NCBI GenBank assembly: GCA_963977445.1
Contig: CAXBPH010000079.1
Location: forward strand, 1-26,835
DNA length: 26,835 nt
From: an uncultured bacterium
Lineage (GTDB): Bacteria; Hydrogenedentota; Hydrogenedentia; Hydrogenedentales; JAEUWI01
Direction of reading: 5' to 3'
Shown: in pieces, positions 17,526 to 26,661 of the stretch
Layout of the letters: every line of letters begins with the position of its first letter
Position numbering within the stretch: the first letter of the stretch is position 1
The notes under the pieces: model-generated
Database searches by the model: none
What the model was told of the DNA's origin: nothing
What the model saw: the letters and a program-made list of their open reading frames with translations, nothing else
Translations under genes and position numbers: made by a program

Positions 17526-18931
17526 ATCGTCGACAATTCCTCGCCGCTACCGGCGGACTACTGGCCGCGTTCCATGGGCCGCGCAGCAACGCGGCTACGC
17601 CGCCGCCCAATATCGTCCTCCTCCTTATCGATGACCTGGGCTACAAAGACCTGGGCTGCTATGGCGGCGACTACTTCGAGACGCCCCGCATCGACGCGTT
17701 GGCCACCGAGAGTGTTCGCTTTACCCAGGCCTATGCGAATTGCCCCGTGTGTTCGCCGAGCCGGGCCGCCCTGATGACGGGCAAGAACCCCGCACGCATT
17801 GGTTTCACGGGACACATTACGGCCATCGGAAAACACCGTCATCCGGAAAAGAGTCGCATCATTCCGCCCGCCGATAAAATGTATCTGCCCCACGAGGAAG
17901 AGTCTATCGCGGAATTGCTCAAACCCCAGGGCTACGCATCGGCCAGTATTGGCAAGTGGCACTTGGGCGACAAAGGATTCTGGCCGGAAAATCAGGGCTT
18001 TGACGAAAACATTGGCGGTTGGACCCATGGCAGTCCGCCTACCTACTACTATCCCTACACCAAGCCCCAAAAAAAATGGAATCCGGGCATTCCGACCCTG
18101 GCGGAGGGTACGCCGAATGAGTACCTTACGGACCGCCTCACCGACGAAGCCCTGGGCTTTATTGAACGCAAAAAAGACACGCCCTTTTTCCTCTATCTGA
18201 CCCTCTACGCCGTCCACACGCCGCTGGAAGCACCTGAAGGTATGAAGGAGAAATACGAGAAAAAGTTTGCGAACAAGGAAACCGGAATACATCCCGCCTA
18301 TGCCGCCATGGTGGAGAATATGGACCGCAATATCGGCCGCGTCCTCGATACGCTGAAAGCCCTGGGACTCGAAGAAAACACCGTGGTCATTTTCACCTCG
18401 GACAATGGCGGGCTCGAAGACAGCGCCGTCCAGACGCCCCTCCGCGAAGGCAAGGGCACCCTGTATGAAGGAGGCATTCGTGTGCCCCTCATGGTGAAAT
18501 GGCCGGGCCACATCGACGGCGGGCAGACCACGGATCAGCTCGCCATGGGCACGGATCTTTTCCCCACGATTGCCGCCCTCACGGGCTCCACCCCGGCACA
18601 CCAGGACAGCCTGGATGGCTATGACCTCAGCCCACTGCTACTTGAGGGCACGCCCGTCGCCCGGAAGCCCCAGGTCTGGTATTACCCCCACTATCACAGC
18701 AAGTCGATGCGCCCCGGCGCGGCCATTCGCAAGGGGAACTACAAACTTATCGAAACCTATGACCCCGTCGACCTGGAACTCTACGACCTGGAAAAGGACC
18801 TCAGCGAAACCACCAACCTCGCCAAGGCCCGGCCCGAAAAGGCCGAGGAGCTGCAGAATGAGTTACACACCTATCTCAAATCGGTGGTGACGGTTTGGCA
18901 CACGCCCAACCCCGCCTATGAAGGAAGCTAA
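17522..18931 (+). CDS. Formylglycine-dependent (S1) sulfatase, Tat-exported
   Basis: NRRQFL Tat motif, PNIVLLLIDDLG, CSPSRAALMTG (CxPxR), GKWHLG, SDNGG, YEGGIRVP. Confidence 0.95.
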   Translation: MNRRQFLAATGGLLAAFHGPRSNAATPPPNIVLLLIDDLGYKDLGCYGGDYFETPRIDALATESVRFTQAYANCPVCSPSRAALMTGKNPARIGFTGHITAIGKHRHPEKSRIIPPADKMYLPHEEESIAELLKPQGYASASIGKWHLGDKGFWPENQGFDENIGGWTHGSPPTYYYPYTKPQKKWNPGIPTLAEGTPNEYLTDRLTDEALGFIERKKDTPFFLYLTLYAVHTPLEAPEGMKEKYEKKFANKETGIHPAYAAMVENMDRNIGRVLDTLKALGLEENTVVIFTSDNGGLEDSAVQTPLREGKGTLYEGGIRVPLMVKWPGHIDGGQTTDQLAMGTDLFPTIAALTGSTPAHQDSLDGYDLSPLLLEGTPVARKPQVWYYPHYHSKSMRPGAAIRKGNYKLIETYDPVDLELYDLEKDLSETTNLAKARPEKAEELQNELHTYLKSVVTVWHTPNPAYEGS

Positions 18932-20875
18932 ATGATGTTTCGTGACGGACGCCAGCAACGCCGGTGGACTGCAATTGGGTTGCTGAGTATGTTTGTCCTC
19001 CTGAATTGCCCCAAGGGCGCTGCTAAATTGCAGCCCATCCGCACGGACTACAATGCGTTTTTCGAAGGCCTCATCGCCATGTCCAAAGTGTCGCCCCTAA
19101 ACCAAGCCTTCGCGGGATTCGTTCTCAATCGTGACCTGCCCCAGGCCAATGCCCAGCTTGCCGTCGCCTGGAAAAACGCCATGGGCGACCACGAGACCCT
19201 GACGCCCGAGGTGGCCGACGAAGAGTTCAAATGGCAGATGCGCACCTGGGTCCGGATTTACTACCTCTTCGCAACAGGGCATACAGAAGCGCCCAATCGC
19301 CTGTCTTCAGAAAACACAAAGCGTATTGAGGAACTCTTCTGGAATTACGCCGTGGCAAAGAGTCGGGTGGAGCGGGCGGACGTGAAGAATCGCTGGTTTA
19401 TCCAGGGCAGCGAAAATCACGACATCATGGATCTGGGGAATGCCTATCTGGCGGTACAGGTCTTGGCGGAATTGCCGGATTATAAGGTGAGACCCTTGCC
19501 CGACGGCAAGACCCCCGCCGAACATGTAACGGCATGGCATTCCTACTATACCGAATACTGCGCGGAGCGTTTTCGCAAGGGACTCCTCATCGAATTCGCC
19601 TCGCCCACCTACGGCAAGTACTTCATTCCCGAGCTGGTCAACTTGCGGGACTTTTCCCTCGACAGCACCGTCCAGGGGAACGCCAACGCCCTCCTTGATC
19701 TCATTTGGAGCGACTGGGCCATAGAGCAACTTAACGGCATTCGGGGTGGCGCCAAAGCCCGTTGTTATCAGGGCAAGTATTCCCAGGGCGGTGCCCGGGA
19801 CAGTTGGTACGCCATGGGCAGGCTCCTCCTGAAAACAGATGGCTGGAAAGACCCCAGTCCCTTTGGCCATCCGATTATGGGCAACGGACTTGTCCTCGCG
19901 ACCACGGGCTACACGCTGCCGACGGTGGTGAAGGAACTCGCGACCCATCCCAAGGCTCGGGGGGAATATGCCTACGTCTCCCGCCGCCCGGGCCGCATGA
20001 CCCACATCGATCCCCAGCCCGACCACGGCGGCCAGTCCTGTTGGTACCATTTCGCAGACGAAGACAGTCGCCTCCTTCGCTACAGCTGGTGTACGCCGGA
20101 TCACATCCTCGGCAGCTATACCCTCGATCCGGCATTGCGGGAGGACTACCAGATTTATCCCGCCGAGCCCGGGCGCGCGGAAGCCCACTACGCGGCGATC
20201 ACTACCCAGAATTTGTGGCAAGGACTCATCTTCGAGACGGGGCCCGATGCCCGGATATTCCCTCAGACCCTGGGCGATCCCGATAAGGGCCACCCGGAGC
20301 ATTCCACCACCTACGTCCAGCAGGTGAGCGTGCAGCATGAGAATGTATTCCTCACACAGGCCAATCGCAACTATCCGCCCCTGACGGCCATGCGGGTTTA
20401 CTTCGGCCCGGGCATGAAAGCGCGGCTCGTCGAGGTCAACGGCTGGTATATTCTCGAAGAAGGCAACAGCTACGTTGGGGTTCGGGTTTTCGATCTCAAC
20501 GACGGGGAGATAGCGGGCAAGGCGACCTGGGACGATGACAACTTCTTGCGAACGGCAGATCCCTTCGCTCCCGTGGCTCTCGTAACGGGCCGAAAAAATC
20601 AGTTTCCTACCCGCGCCGATTTTGAACGCTACCTGGCAACCCATCGCTGGGTGATTGAAGAAGGAATACTGACATATCTGTTTCACGACAAGGCGGGCAC
20701 GGAGTCTACCCTACGGCTCAACACCCAGGAGGCCACTGTGCCCCGGCGCAACGGCGTGGCAGTGGACTTCAGTCCGGAGAAATACTACGATAGCCCGTTT
20801 TTTCACGAAAGTGAAGATCGAAAGAGTGTTCGCTTGGAGTTTGGTGGAGAAAGCCACACAATGACGGTGGACTGA
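18932..20875 (+). CDS. Hypothetical secreted protein (647 aa), possibly a polysaccharide-lyase/heparinase-like fold
   Basis: Long ORF starting immediately after the sulfatase stop; signal-like N-terminus; helical N-half with GSENH and EFASPTY motifs and a beta-rich C-half. Confidence 0.7.
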   Translation: MMFRDGRQQRRWTAIGLLSMFVLLNCPKGAAKLQPIRTDYNAFFEGLIAMSKVSPLNQAFAGFVLNRDLPQANAQLAVAWKNAMGDHETLTPEVADEEFKWQMRTWVRIYYLFATGHTEAPNRLSSENTKRIEELFWNYAVAKSRVERADVKNRWFIQGSENHDIMDLGNAYLAVQVLAELPDYKVRPLPDGKTPAEHVTAWHSYYTEYCAERFRKGLLIEFASPTYGKYFIPELVNLRDFSLDSTVQGNANALLDLIWSDWAIEQLNGIRGGAKARCYQGKYSQGGARDSWYAMGRLLLKTDGWKDPSPFGHPIMGNGLVLATTGYTLPTVVKELATHPKARGEYAYVSRRPGRMTHIDPQPDHGGQSCWYHFADEDSRLLRYSWCTPDHILGSYTLDPALREDYQIYPAEPGRAEAHYAAITTQNLWQGLIFETGPDARIFPQTLGDPDKGHPEHSTTYVQQVSVQHENVFLTQANRNYPPLTAMRVYFGPGMKARLVEVNGWYILEEGNSYVGVRVFDLNDGEIAGKATWDDDNFLRTADPFAPVALVTGRKNQFPTRADFERYLATHRWVIEEGILTYLFHDKAGTESTLRLNTQEATVPRRNGVAVDFSPEKYYDSPFFHESEDRKSVRLEFGGESHTMTVD

Positions 20876-20895
20876 AGGAGCGGGGAAATTCTCGA

Positions 20896-20924
20896 TTTGC
20901 AATGAAGCGTAATCAGGGTATAAT
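20896..20924 (+). promoter_or_regulatory. Sigma70-type promoter of hicBA
   Basis: TTGCAA (20897) and TATAAT (20919-20924), 16-nt spacer. Confidence 0.65.
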
Positions 20925-20930
20925 GACATC

Positions 20931-21122
20931 ATGGACAGTATGCGATATACGTATTGGGAAGACGCAGGTATGTTCCTCGGCTATCTGGAGGAGTATCCTG
21001 ACTATATGACGCAAGGCATTTCCCTGAAGGAACTCCAGGTGAACCTGCTCGACATCTTTAGCGAATTAAACAGCGGGCACATTCCTTCCGTTAGACACGT
21101 GGCAGAATTAAAGCTAACGTGA
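20931..21122 (+). CDS. hicB: HicB-family antitoxin (short, no DNA-binding domain)
   Basis: YWEDAGMFLGYLEEYPDYMTQGISLKELQVNLLDI matches the HicB partial RNase H fold (TQG motif). Confidence 0.85.
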   Translation: MDSMRYTYWEDAGMFLGYLEEYPDYMTQGISLKELQVNLLDIFSELNSGHIPSVRHVAELKLT

Positions 21123-21295
21123 AACGCACGGACCTCATTAAGCGCCTTGAGGAAATGGGGTGTGTCCTACTGCGGCATGGGGGAAAACACGATTGGTATC
21201 ACAATCCCGTGACGAACATGTCGCAACCGGTACCACGCCACCGGGAAATCAATGAGTATCTCGCTAAGAGTATTCTTAAGAAAATGGCGTCCTGA
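21119..21295 (+). CDS. hicA: HicA-family toxin (58 aa, not in the ORF track)
   Basis: Manual translation MKRTDLIKRLEEMGCVLLRHGGKHDWYHNPVTNMSQPVPRHREINEYLAKSILKKMAS; GxxH and VPRH motifs; GTGA overlap with the hicB stop. Confidence 0.9.
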   Translation: MKRTDLIKRLEEMGCVLLRHGGKHDWYHNPVTNMSQPVPRHREINEYLAKSILKKMAS

Positions 21296-21469
21296 GTAGC
21301 GATATTGAGTTGTTCAGTGTGAGATAGTGGCGTGTTGCCGTAACAACCATCGAACACATACCCTTCCTCAATCGTTTATAGTGTGGATGGATTCCTGAAA
21401 CATTCCAAAATCGAATCGTGGTTCGTTGAGACCACGGGGTGCCCATCCGTTAACTGGAGGCAACGGCTC

Positions 21470-22006
21470 ATGGGATACGACAGGTGGCGCACGCTTGCTG
21501 CAGGCGTTATGTTCGCTCTTCTGGTCTGTGGCTGCGCCGGAACGGCGCGTCGCGGAAATGTCTGGGTACCGGTTCCGGGTGCGTGGGATGAGGCGGCGAC
21601 CCGTATGCGCGCGGGCAAGCCTGGGCACGAGAGCGCACCATCCACGCAGTCGCTGGAATACCATTCACGGTGTCCCATGGGACTTTGCTTGACCCATGTA
21701 AAGTTCACGATTGACTCAGCGGTCTTGAAACAGATTCTGTCCGACGTGATAGATGCCGATGCTTATTTTTCCAGCGACTACGACATCAGTCATGCCTTCG
21801 GGCCGAATTCGAACAAGATATGGGATCCGGAGGCTGATAGTGCGCAGAGACTGCCCTGGTGGCGGCCATGGGATGAAGTTGAGCCGGTGTATTATCGATG
21901 GTTTATGCACGAGCCCGGCAAGAGTCCAAAAACTTATGTCTGGCTTCAGGTTTCGGATGGAAAACGTGACCAGAAATTGGTCTATATGCGTGTTGAGATT
22001 CAATAA
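21470..22006 (+). CDS. Hypothetical exported protein, possible lipoprotein
   Basis: GGAGG RBS at 21456; hydrophobic N-terminus ending in LLVCGC. Confidence 0.55.
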   Translation: MGYDRWRTLAAGVMFALLVCGCAGTARRGNVWVPVPGAWDEAATRMRAGKPGHESAPSTQSLEYHSRCPMGLCLTHVKFTIDSAVLKQILSDVIDADAYFSSDYDISHAFGPNSNKIWDPEADSAQRLPWWRPWDEVEPVYYRWFMHEPGKSPKTYVWLQVSDGKRDQKLVYMRVEIQ

Positions 22007-22233
22007 GGTAGCGGGTCAATACTCTGGTTCTCGTTCAAAAGCCAGCCAGAACCCTGATGGACTGCGCTTGATGCCAAGTCCCGCGAGGTGTAAGACACCT
22101 ACCGCCACGAATAGGATAGCCATTACGATGCCGAAGAGAAACAACCCCAAGAAAAGTAGCATGCCGTCGGGCCTAACAAACACCCCGTTCCAATTTCCGG
22201 GCTTCCCTGGACATTGAATTCCAGCCTGCTGCC

Positions 22234-22269
22234 AAAGTCCCACCGGTCCCACTCGTCCCATAGGTCCCA
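22234..22269. repeat. Degenerate 9-mer array NNNGTCCCA, 4 units
   Basis: AAAGTCCCA CCGGTCCCA CTCGTCCCA TAGGTCCCA. Confidence 0.85.
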
Positions 22270-22287
22270 CCACAGCAACGACACCTA

Positions 22288-24633
22288 TCACTCCCGCAGC
22301 AACCGCAAGGTCTTCCCCGTCTCGCCCACGCCATCCATCTCTACGTTGTAGGTGCGTGACCAGGTCTTGCTCTCGCCGTCGTAGGCCACTTGCACGAATT
22401 CATCGGCGTTGGGGAGGTCGCCTTCGAGGTGATAGCCGGTTGGGGCAGCGCACCCCGTGAAGGTGACCGGCACATAGCCCACGCCGCCGGTGATGGTGCA
22501 TTCGGCTTCGCCGTTGGTGTCCGTCGCGATTTCCACCGGGTAGTTGCGGCGCACGTCGCCCTTCGTGCTGGCAACCTTCAGGGCATTCCCCGTGGCCAGG
22601 CGGTACACGGGCTCCCAGGTGTTGATGTTGGCTTCGAGGTGTTCTTTGAAGGCCTCATTGGGGCCATAATAGGTTCCCGGGTCGGCAGGGAGAATCACCA
22701 GCTCCACTTCGGCTTCCACAAAGTCGCCAGGGAGCAACTCGGTGCAACCGGGGGGTGGTCCCAGCTCCACGAGGGCGCTGGACGGGCCGTTTTCTGTGCC
22801 GTAGATAGCTGCCGTAGGCGCGGCAATGTCTTGTCCGCCAAGTCGGGCCTTCCAGGAGCGCACCACCATGCCCCGATTGGCCCAGGCCCCTTTCGGGTGG
22901 TGCTTATTGCGTTCGCCGTCGTGCAGAGAGAACCAGGGGACCTCGCCCTCCACGGGGATATCGGTCCGCAGATACGACTTGCCGCCCCGCTCCGTTTTCC
23001 ATTCTTCCAGCACACCCGTTTCATTGCCCCGGGCGATGGTGGCAAACTGGTGGTCGTTGTAGTTGTCCGCGCCGAGCTGGTAGAAAGCCAGCCGCGAAAA
23101 GGGCATGGCCTTGCGCACGTCGTAACGAAATTTGTGGAAGGACCGATTCACATCGTCACAGCGGGGCGTAGAGACTTCGATGCGCGCATCGAGGCAGCCA
23201 TCGGGCGTGGTGCCTGCGTAGATTGCCCGGGTGAGATTGGGGCCCGGTTCGAGATAGGCGACCCGCATGCGACTGAGGTATTGTTTCTCCCCGGACCCAT
23301 CGAAATACACAAGGAAATCGCCACCGCCCACGTTCACCGTCCACTGATAGGGACCACCCTGCATGCCATTCACCATGAGTGGTCGCACGTCGTCGATCAT
23401 GGAGCGGTTCAGGTTCACATCGGGATCATAGGTAATCGATTCACCCCAGCTGCCGATAGCCACCTGGTCCCAGCGCTGGTTGGTGCCCCAGCCGACGAGG
23501 CAGAGCTGGGCGTGGGACACGGCGGGCACGTCGCCCCACCAGGCATAGGCAATGACCAGTTCCCCGGTCCACGTCTCGCCGGGCGGCACCGTAATCTGGG
23601 AGAAGCCATGAAACCACGGCCCTTCATAAAGAACGGGGTCGTCCGCCTGACGATGCCAGTTCTTCGAGACTTGTACGGGAATGCCCGTGGGGCGGCCTTC
23701 GCTGTCGAAGAGCATAGGCGTCATGCCGATGACGCCGGAAAGGTTGCCATCTACCGCAAAGTTGATGGGGACGTTTTGGGTGGTGGTTCCGGGGTTGCTG
23801 ATGCTCACCGAAAACCGATCGAGGCGCTTGGGCTCGTCCGCCCAACTCCAGACCGCCTCGGGCAGCGCCACGTTGAACCACCCGCGGTAGGGGTCATAGA
23901 CGACCGGGACGTTATCGCCGCCCTTCACGTCCCGCACCGTGATTGTCGGTTCCGGGGCTGCGTCAGGCTCGGGTTTGCCCGGCTGGCAAATGGACCAGAC
24001 TCGGAGCGTCTCACCGGCTTTTGCGTGGGCGTTGAACTTGGATTGTTCTCCCCTATCTCCGCCTTGGTTCAGACCGATTGCGACCCGGAAGCCATCCAGA
24101 TCGATGTTAGGGGTGACATCGAGGGAAACGTGGAGCTTGTCCGGCCAGGCCACCAGCTCCAGTCGGCCCGTTATGTTCAGGGCAACGCCTTGCTCGTTTT
24201 CGAAAACCAATTGCTCGATGTCAAAACGCTGTACCACTTGGCCGCTCTCGATGAGCCGCACGGGATAGTGGGCGCGGTCCTCGGTATTCTCTGCCGCACG
24301 GACGCAGGTGTAGCGCGTACCTTCGGACTCCACCCACAGTGACAATGCCGCCGGGGGCAAATCGAAAACCACCTCGTTGGGATCGGCGACGGCCACGGCA
24401 TAGGGCTTGGGATTGTCGATGGCGCCGAGATGGAGGAGTGCGGGTTTGTTCACATCCAGGGCGAGGCCATAGTGATTGGTCTGAACGCAGACGACCCGGG
24501 CGCCCTCTGGGGATTTACCCCGCCAGCCATGGGCCCACCAGAGGAAGCCATAGTCCCCCTGAGCAAAGGCGGGCAGGCCCAATACAACGATAAGACTAAC
24601 GGGAATTAACACGCGAGAAATTGGTTTCATCAT
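22288..24633 (-). CDS. Hypothetical secreted protein (~781 aa)
   Basis: AGGAG RBS before ATG 24633; signal peptide ending AFA; long beta-rich, Trp/Gly-rich ORF with no motif recognised. Confidence 0.8.
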   Translation of the reverse strand: MMKPISRVLIPVSLIVVLGLPAFAQGDYGFLWWAHGWRGKSPEGARVVCVQTNHYGLALDVNKPALLHLGAIDNPKPYAVAVADPNEVVFDLPPAALSLWVESEGTRYTCVRAAENTEDRAHYPVRLIESGQVVQRFDIEQLVFENEQGVALNITGRLELVAWPDKLHVSLDVTPNIDLDGFRVAIGLNQGGDRGEQSKFNAHAKAGETLRVWSICQPGKPEPDAAPEPTITVRDVKGGDNVPVVYDPYRGWFNVALPEAVWSWADEPKRLDRFSVSISNPGTTTQNVPINFAVDGNLSGVIGMTPMLFDSEGRPTGIPVQVSKNWHRQADDPVLYEGPWFHGFSQITVPPGETWTGELVIAYAWWGDVPAVSHAQLCLVGWGTNQRWDQVAIGSWGESITYDPDVNLNRSMIDDVRPLMVNGMQGGPYQWTVNVGGGDFLVYFDGSGEKQYLSRMRVAYLEPGPNLTRAIYAGTTPDGCLDARIEVSTPRCDDVNRSFHKFRYDVRKAMPFSRLAFYQLGADNYNDHQFATIARGNETGVLEEWKTERGGKSYLRTDIPVEGEVPWFSLHDGERNKHHPKGAWANRGMVVRSWKARLGGQDIAAPTAAIYGTENGPSSALVELGPPPGCTELLPGDFVEAEVELVILPADPGTYYGPNEAFKEHLEANINTWEPVYRLATGNALKVASTKGDVRRNYPVEIATDTNGEAECTITGGVGYVPVTFTGCAAPTGYHLEGDLPNADEFVQVAYDGESKTWSRTYNVEMDGVGETGKTLRLLRE

Positions 24634-24763
24634 CTTGCTCCTGTGGTGGCCTGCAGTCTGGCACGGGACCATCCCAAAATTCGACATTATTCGCACCGTG
24701 TAGTACTGTACCGGGAACGAAGCGGCCGGGTGGAACGGCCAATTCAAGAGGAGGATAGGATCA

Positions 24764-25897
24764 ATGGGAAAACCACACCATGCCACACGGTTGATGTGTG
24801 CGTTGGGCGTCGTGCTGCTCACCGCCATCACGGCACAGGCGAATGAAGGAACTACCATGGGCATTTCCGTCAGTCCCTATGGAACGACAAAAGACGGTGT
24901 CGCGGTCAAGCAATACACCCTGACCAACCCCCAGGGCCTGCGCGCGGTACTTATCGAATACGGCGCGACGCTTGTATCGCTTGAAACACCCGATCGCGAT
25001 GGCACCATGGCCAACATCACCCTGGCCTGTCCCGACCTGGCAAGTTATGAGGCCAACAGTCCCTATTTTGGCGCTATTGCCGGACGTTGTGCCAACCGCA
25101 TTGCCAAGGGCAAGTTCAGCCTGGACGGCACGGAATACACCCTCGCCATTAACAACGAGCCCAACCACCTCCATGGTGGGGTCAAGGGTTTCGACAAGGT
25201 GGTCTGGCAGTCGGAAGGTTTCACCACCGACACGGGCGTGGGCGTTAAGTTCACCTACGTGAGCCAGGACATGGAAGAGGGGTACCCCGGCACCCTGACT
25301 ACGGTGATGCGCTATACCCTCAGCAACGACAACAAACTCAGCTTTGACTACGAGGCCACGACCGACAAGGCCACCGTCGTCAACCTGACCCAGCATAGCT
25401 ATTGGAACCTGGGTGGACACGGTGCGGGCACCATCCTCGATCACGAGCTGATGATCAACGCCGCCCAATACACCCCCGCCGATGCCACCTTTATTCCCAC
25501 GGGTGAAATCGCGCCCGTCGCAGGCACGCCGGTGGACTTCACCCAGCCCACGGCCATCGGAGCCCGCATCGACCAGGTGGAAGGCGGTTACGACCTGAAC
25601 TACGTCCTCAACGACACCTCCACCAACCTGCACCATGCGGCCACCGTCTCCGACCCCAAGACGGGCCGGGTCATGACTATCGAAACGACCGAGCCCGGCA
25701 TTCAGTTTTATTCCGGCAATTTTCTCGACGGCAGTTTTGAAGGACTCGATGGCGTGATTTATCCCAAACACAGCGGATTCTGTCTGGAGACTCAGCATTA
25801 TCCCGACAGCATCAATCAGCCCGAGTGGCCCACCGTGGTGCTGAAGCCCGGCGAAACCTACCGCCACCACACGGTGCACACCTTCACCACCAAATAG
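24764..25897 (+). CDS. galM: Aldose 1-epimerase (galactose mutarotase) with a signal peptide
   Basis: GRCANRIAKG, NHLHGG, EGYPG, NLTQHSYWNL, GYDLNY, TEPGIQFYSGNFL, CLETQHYPDS; GAGGAGG RBS. Confidence 0.95.
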   Translation: MGKPHHATRLMCALGVVLLTAITAQANEGTTMGISVSPYGTTKDGVAVKQYTLTNPQGLRAVLIEYGATLVSLETPDRDGTMANITLACPDLASYEANSPYFGAIAGRCANRIAKGKFSLDGTEYTLAINNEPNHLHGGVKGFDKVVWQSEGFTTDTGVGVKFTYVSQDMEEGYPGTLTTVMRYTLSNDNKLSFDYEATTDKATVVNLTQHSYWNLGGHGAGTILDHELMINAAQYTPADATFIPTGEIAPVAGTPVDFTQPTAIGARIDQVEGGYDLNYVLNDTSTNLHHAATVSDPKTGRVMTIETTEPGIQFYSGNFLDGSFEGLDGVIYPKHSGFCLETQHYPDSINQPEWPTVVLKPGETYRHHTVHTFTTK

Positions 25898-25920
25898 ACG
25901 GAACACAGAATAGACGACAC

Positions 25921-25949
25921 AGGCAGGCTCTTCGGAGCCTGCCTTTTTT
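25921..25949 (+). terminator. Intrinsic terminator after galM
   Basis: AGGCAGGCTC-TTCG-GAGCCTGCCT followed by TTTTTT. Confidence 0.9.
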
Positions 25950-26011
25950 TGTGGGGTAGCAATAGTAAGATTGGGAGCGCAGGTCTCGGACACGCCGATG
26001 GAGGGCGAGTA

Positions 26012-26470
26012 TCAGCCTTCGACGGTGCCTTCGGAGCGGGCCTGGTTGGTGTCGAAGACGAGACGGAGCAGGGGTTCGCCCGTTTCTTCGTGGATGTGTT
26101 CTTCCATAAAGGAAAAGCCGTAGCGACGGTAGAAATCGCGGCCGATGCGATTGGCCTTGAATACTTCCACTTCGAGGTTGCCGCGCAGTTGTCGGGCGTG
26201 GTCCATGAGTGCCCGGCCCATTCCCTGACCATGGAATTCGGGATGGACGAATACAGCACCGACTTCATTGCCTATCAGTGCGATAAAGCCGACGACGGTC
26301 CCCTCGTTTTCATAGACAAAGGTATCGGCCATAGGCAAGTAGATGTGGGGAATGTTTTCCCGCTCGGCGGCGAAAAACTCTTCGGGCAGAAAGGGGTGGG
26401 CCACTTGAGACGCGGCATACCACGTATCGAGGAGATCATTCAGATCGTCACGTTTATAGCTTCGAATCAT
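26012..26470 (-). CDS. GNAT-family N-acetyltransferase (YiaC/YjaB-like)
   Basis: AHPFLPEEF, VGFIAL, VFVHPEFHGQGMGRALM acetyl-CoA motif, N..GRDFYRRYGF. Confidence 0.9.
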   Translation of the reverse strand: MIRSYKRDDLNDLLDTWYAASQVAHPFLPEEFFAAERENIPHIYLPMADTFVYENEGTVVGFIALIGNEVGAVFVHPEFHGQGMGRALMDHARQLRGNLEVEVFKANRIGRDFYRRYGFSFMEEHIHEETGEPLLRLVFDTNQARSEGTVEG

Positions 26471-26552
26471 GGGTATATCCTACTCCAACTTCCTGACCTA
26501 ATAATACGGGGCGGCAGGTCGTTGGTTCAAGGGGGGAGCTTGGGGGCACACC

Positions 26553-26655
26553 GGGGACTGCACCGACCTGGATTACGTGGTGGCAGGGCAATGCTGTTTT
26601 GGTGCCGGAGAGATCGTGGGTAAGGGCGGTGTCGTTGATGGTCGGGGCCGTCCCC
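26553..26655 (+). repeat. 103-bp family A element, copy 5
   Basis: GGGGACTGCACCGAC ... GTCGGGGCCGTCCCC with the same spacing as 6169-6271 but an unrelated core. Confidence 0.85.
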
Positions 26656-26661
26656 GGGGGG

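Noticed and set aside
21429..21443. 15-nt exact match AGACCACGGGGTGCC to the left flank of the family B repeat at 8529-8543
   Set aside because: The hairpin is absent, and one 15-mer match in a GC-rich 27-kb window is compatible with chance
22016..22163. Small hydrophobic minus-strand ORF (MLLFLGLFLFG...)
   Set aside because: Only 48 codons with no clear RBS or homology; possible but unsupported
21330..22180. Integron attC sites or cassettes (GTTAACT before the 21470 gene; GTTAGGC before a minus-strand ORF at 22163)
   Set aside because: No convincing paired R''/L''/L'/R' boxes and no integrase; the 7-mers are expected by chance
2244..25993. Long antisense ORFs (e.g. 2244-3668, 6539-8068, 13727-14827, 19307-20686, 22390-24342, 24761-25993)
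   Set aside because: Shadow frames of well-supported genes in GC-rich DNA, with no recognisable motifs
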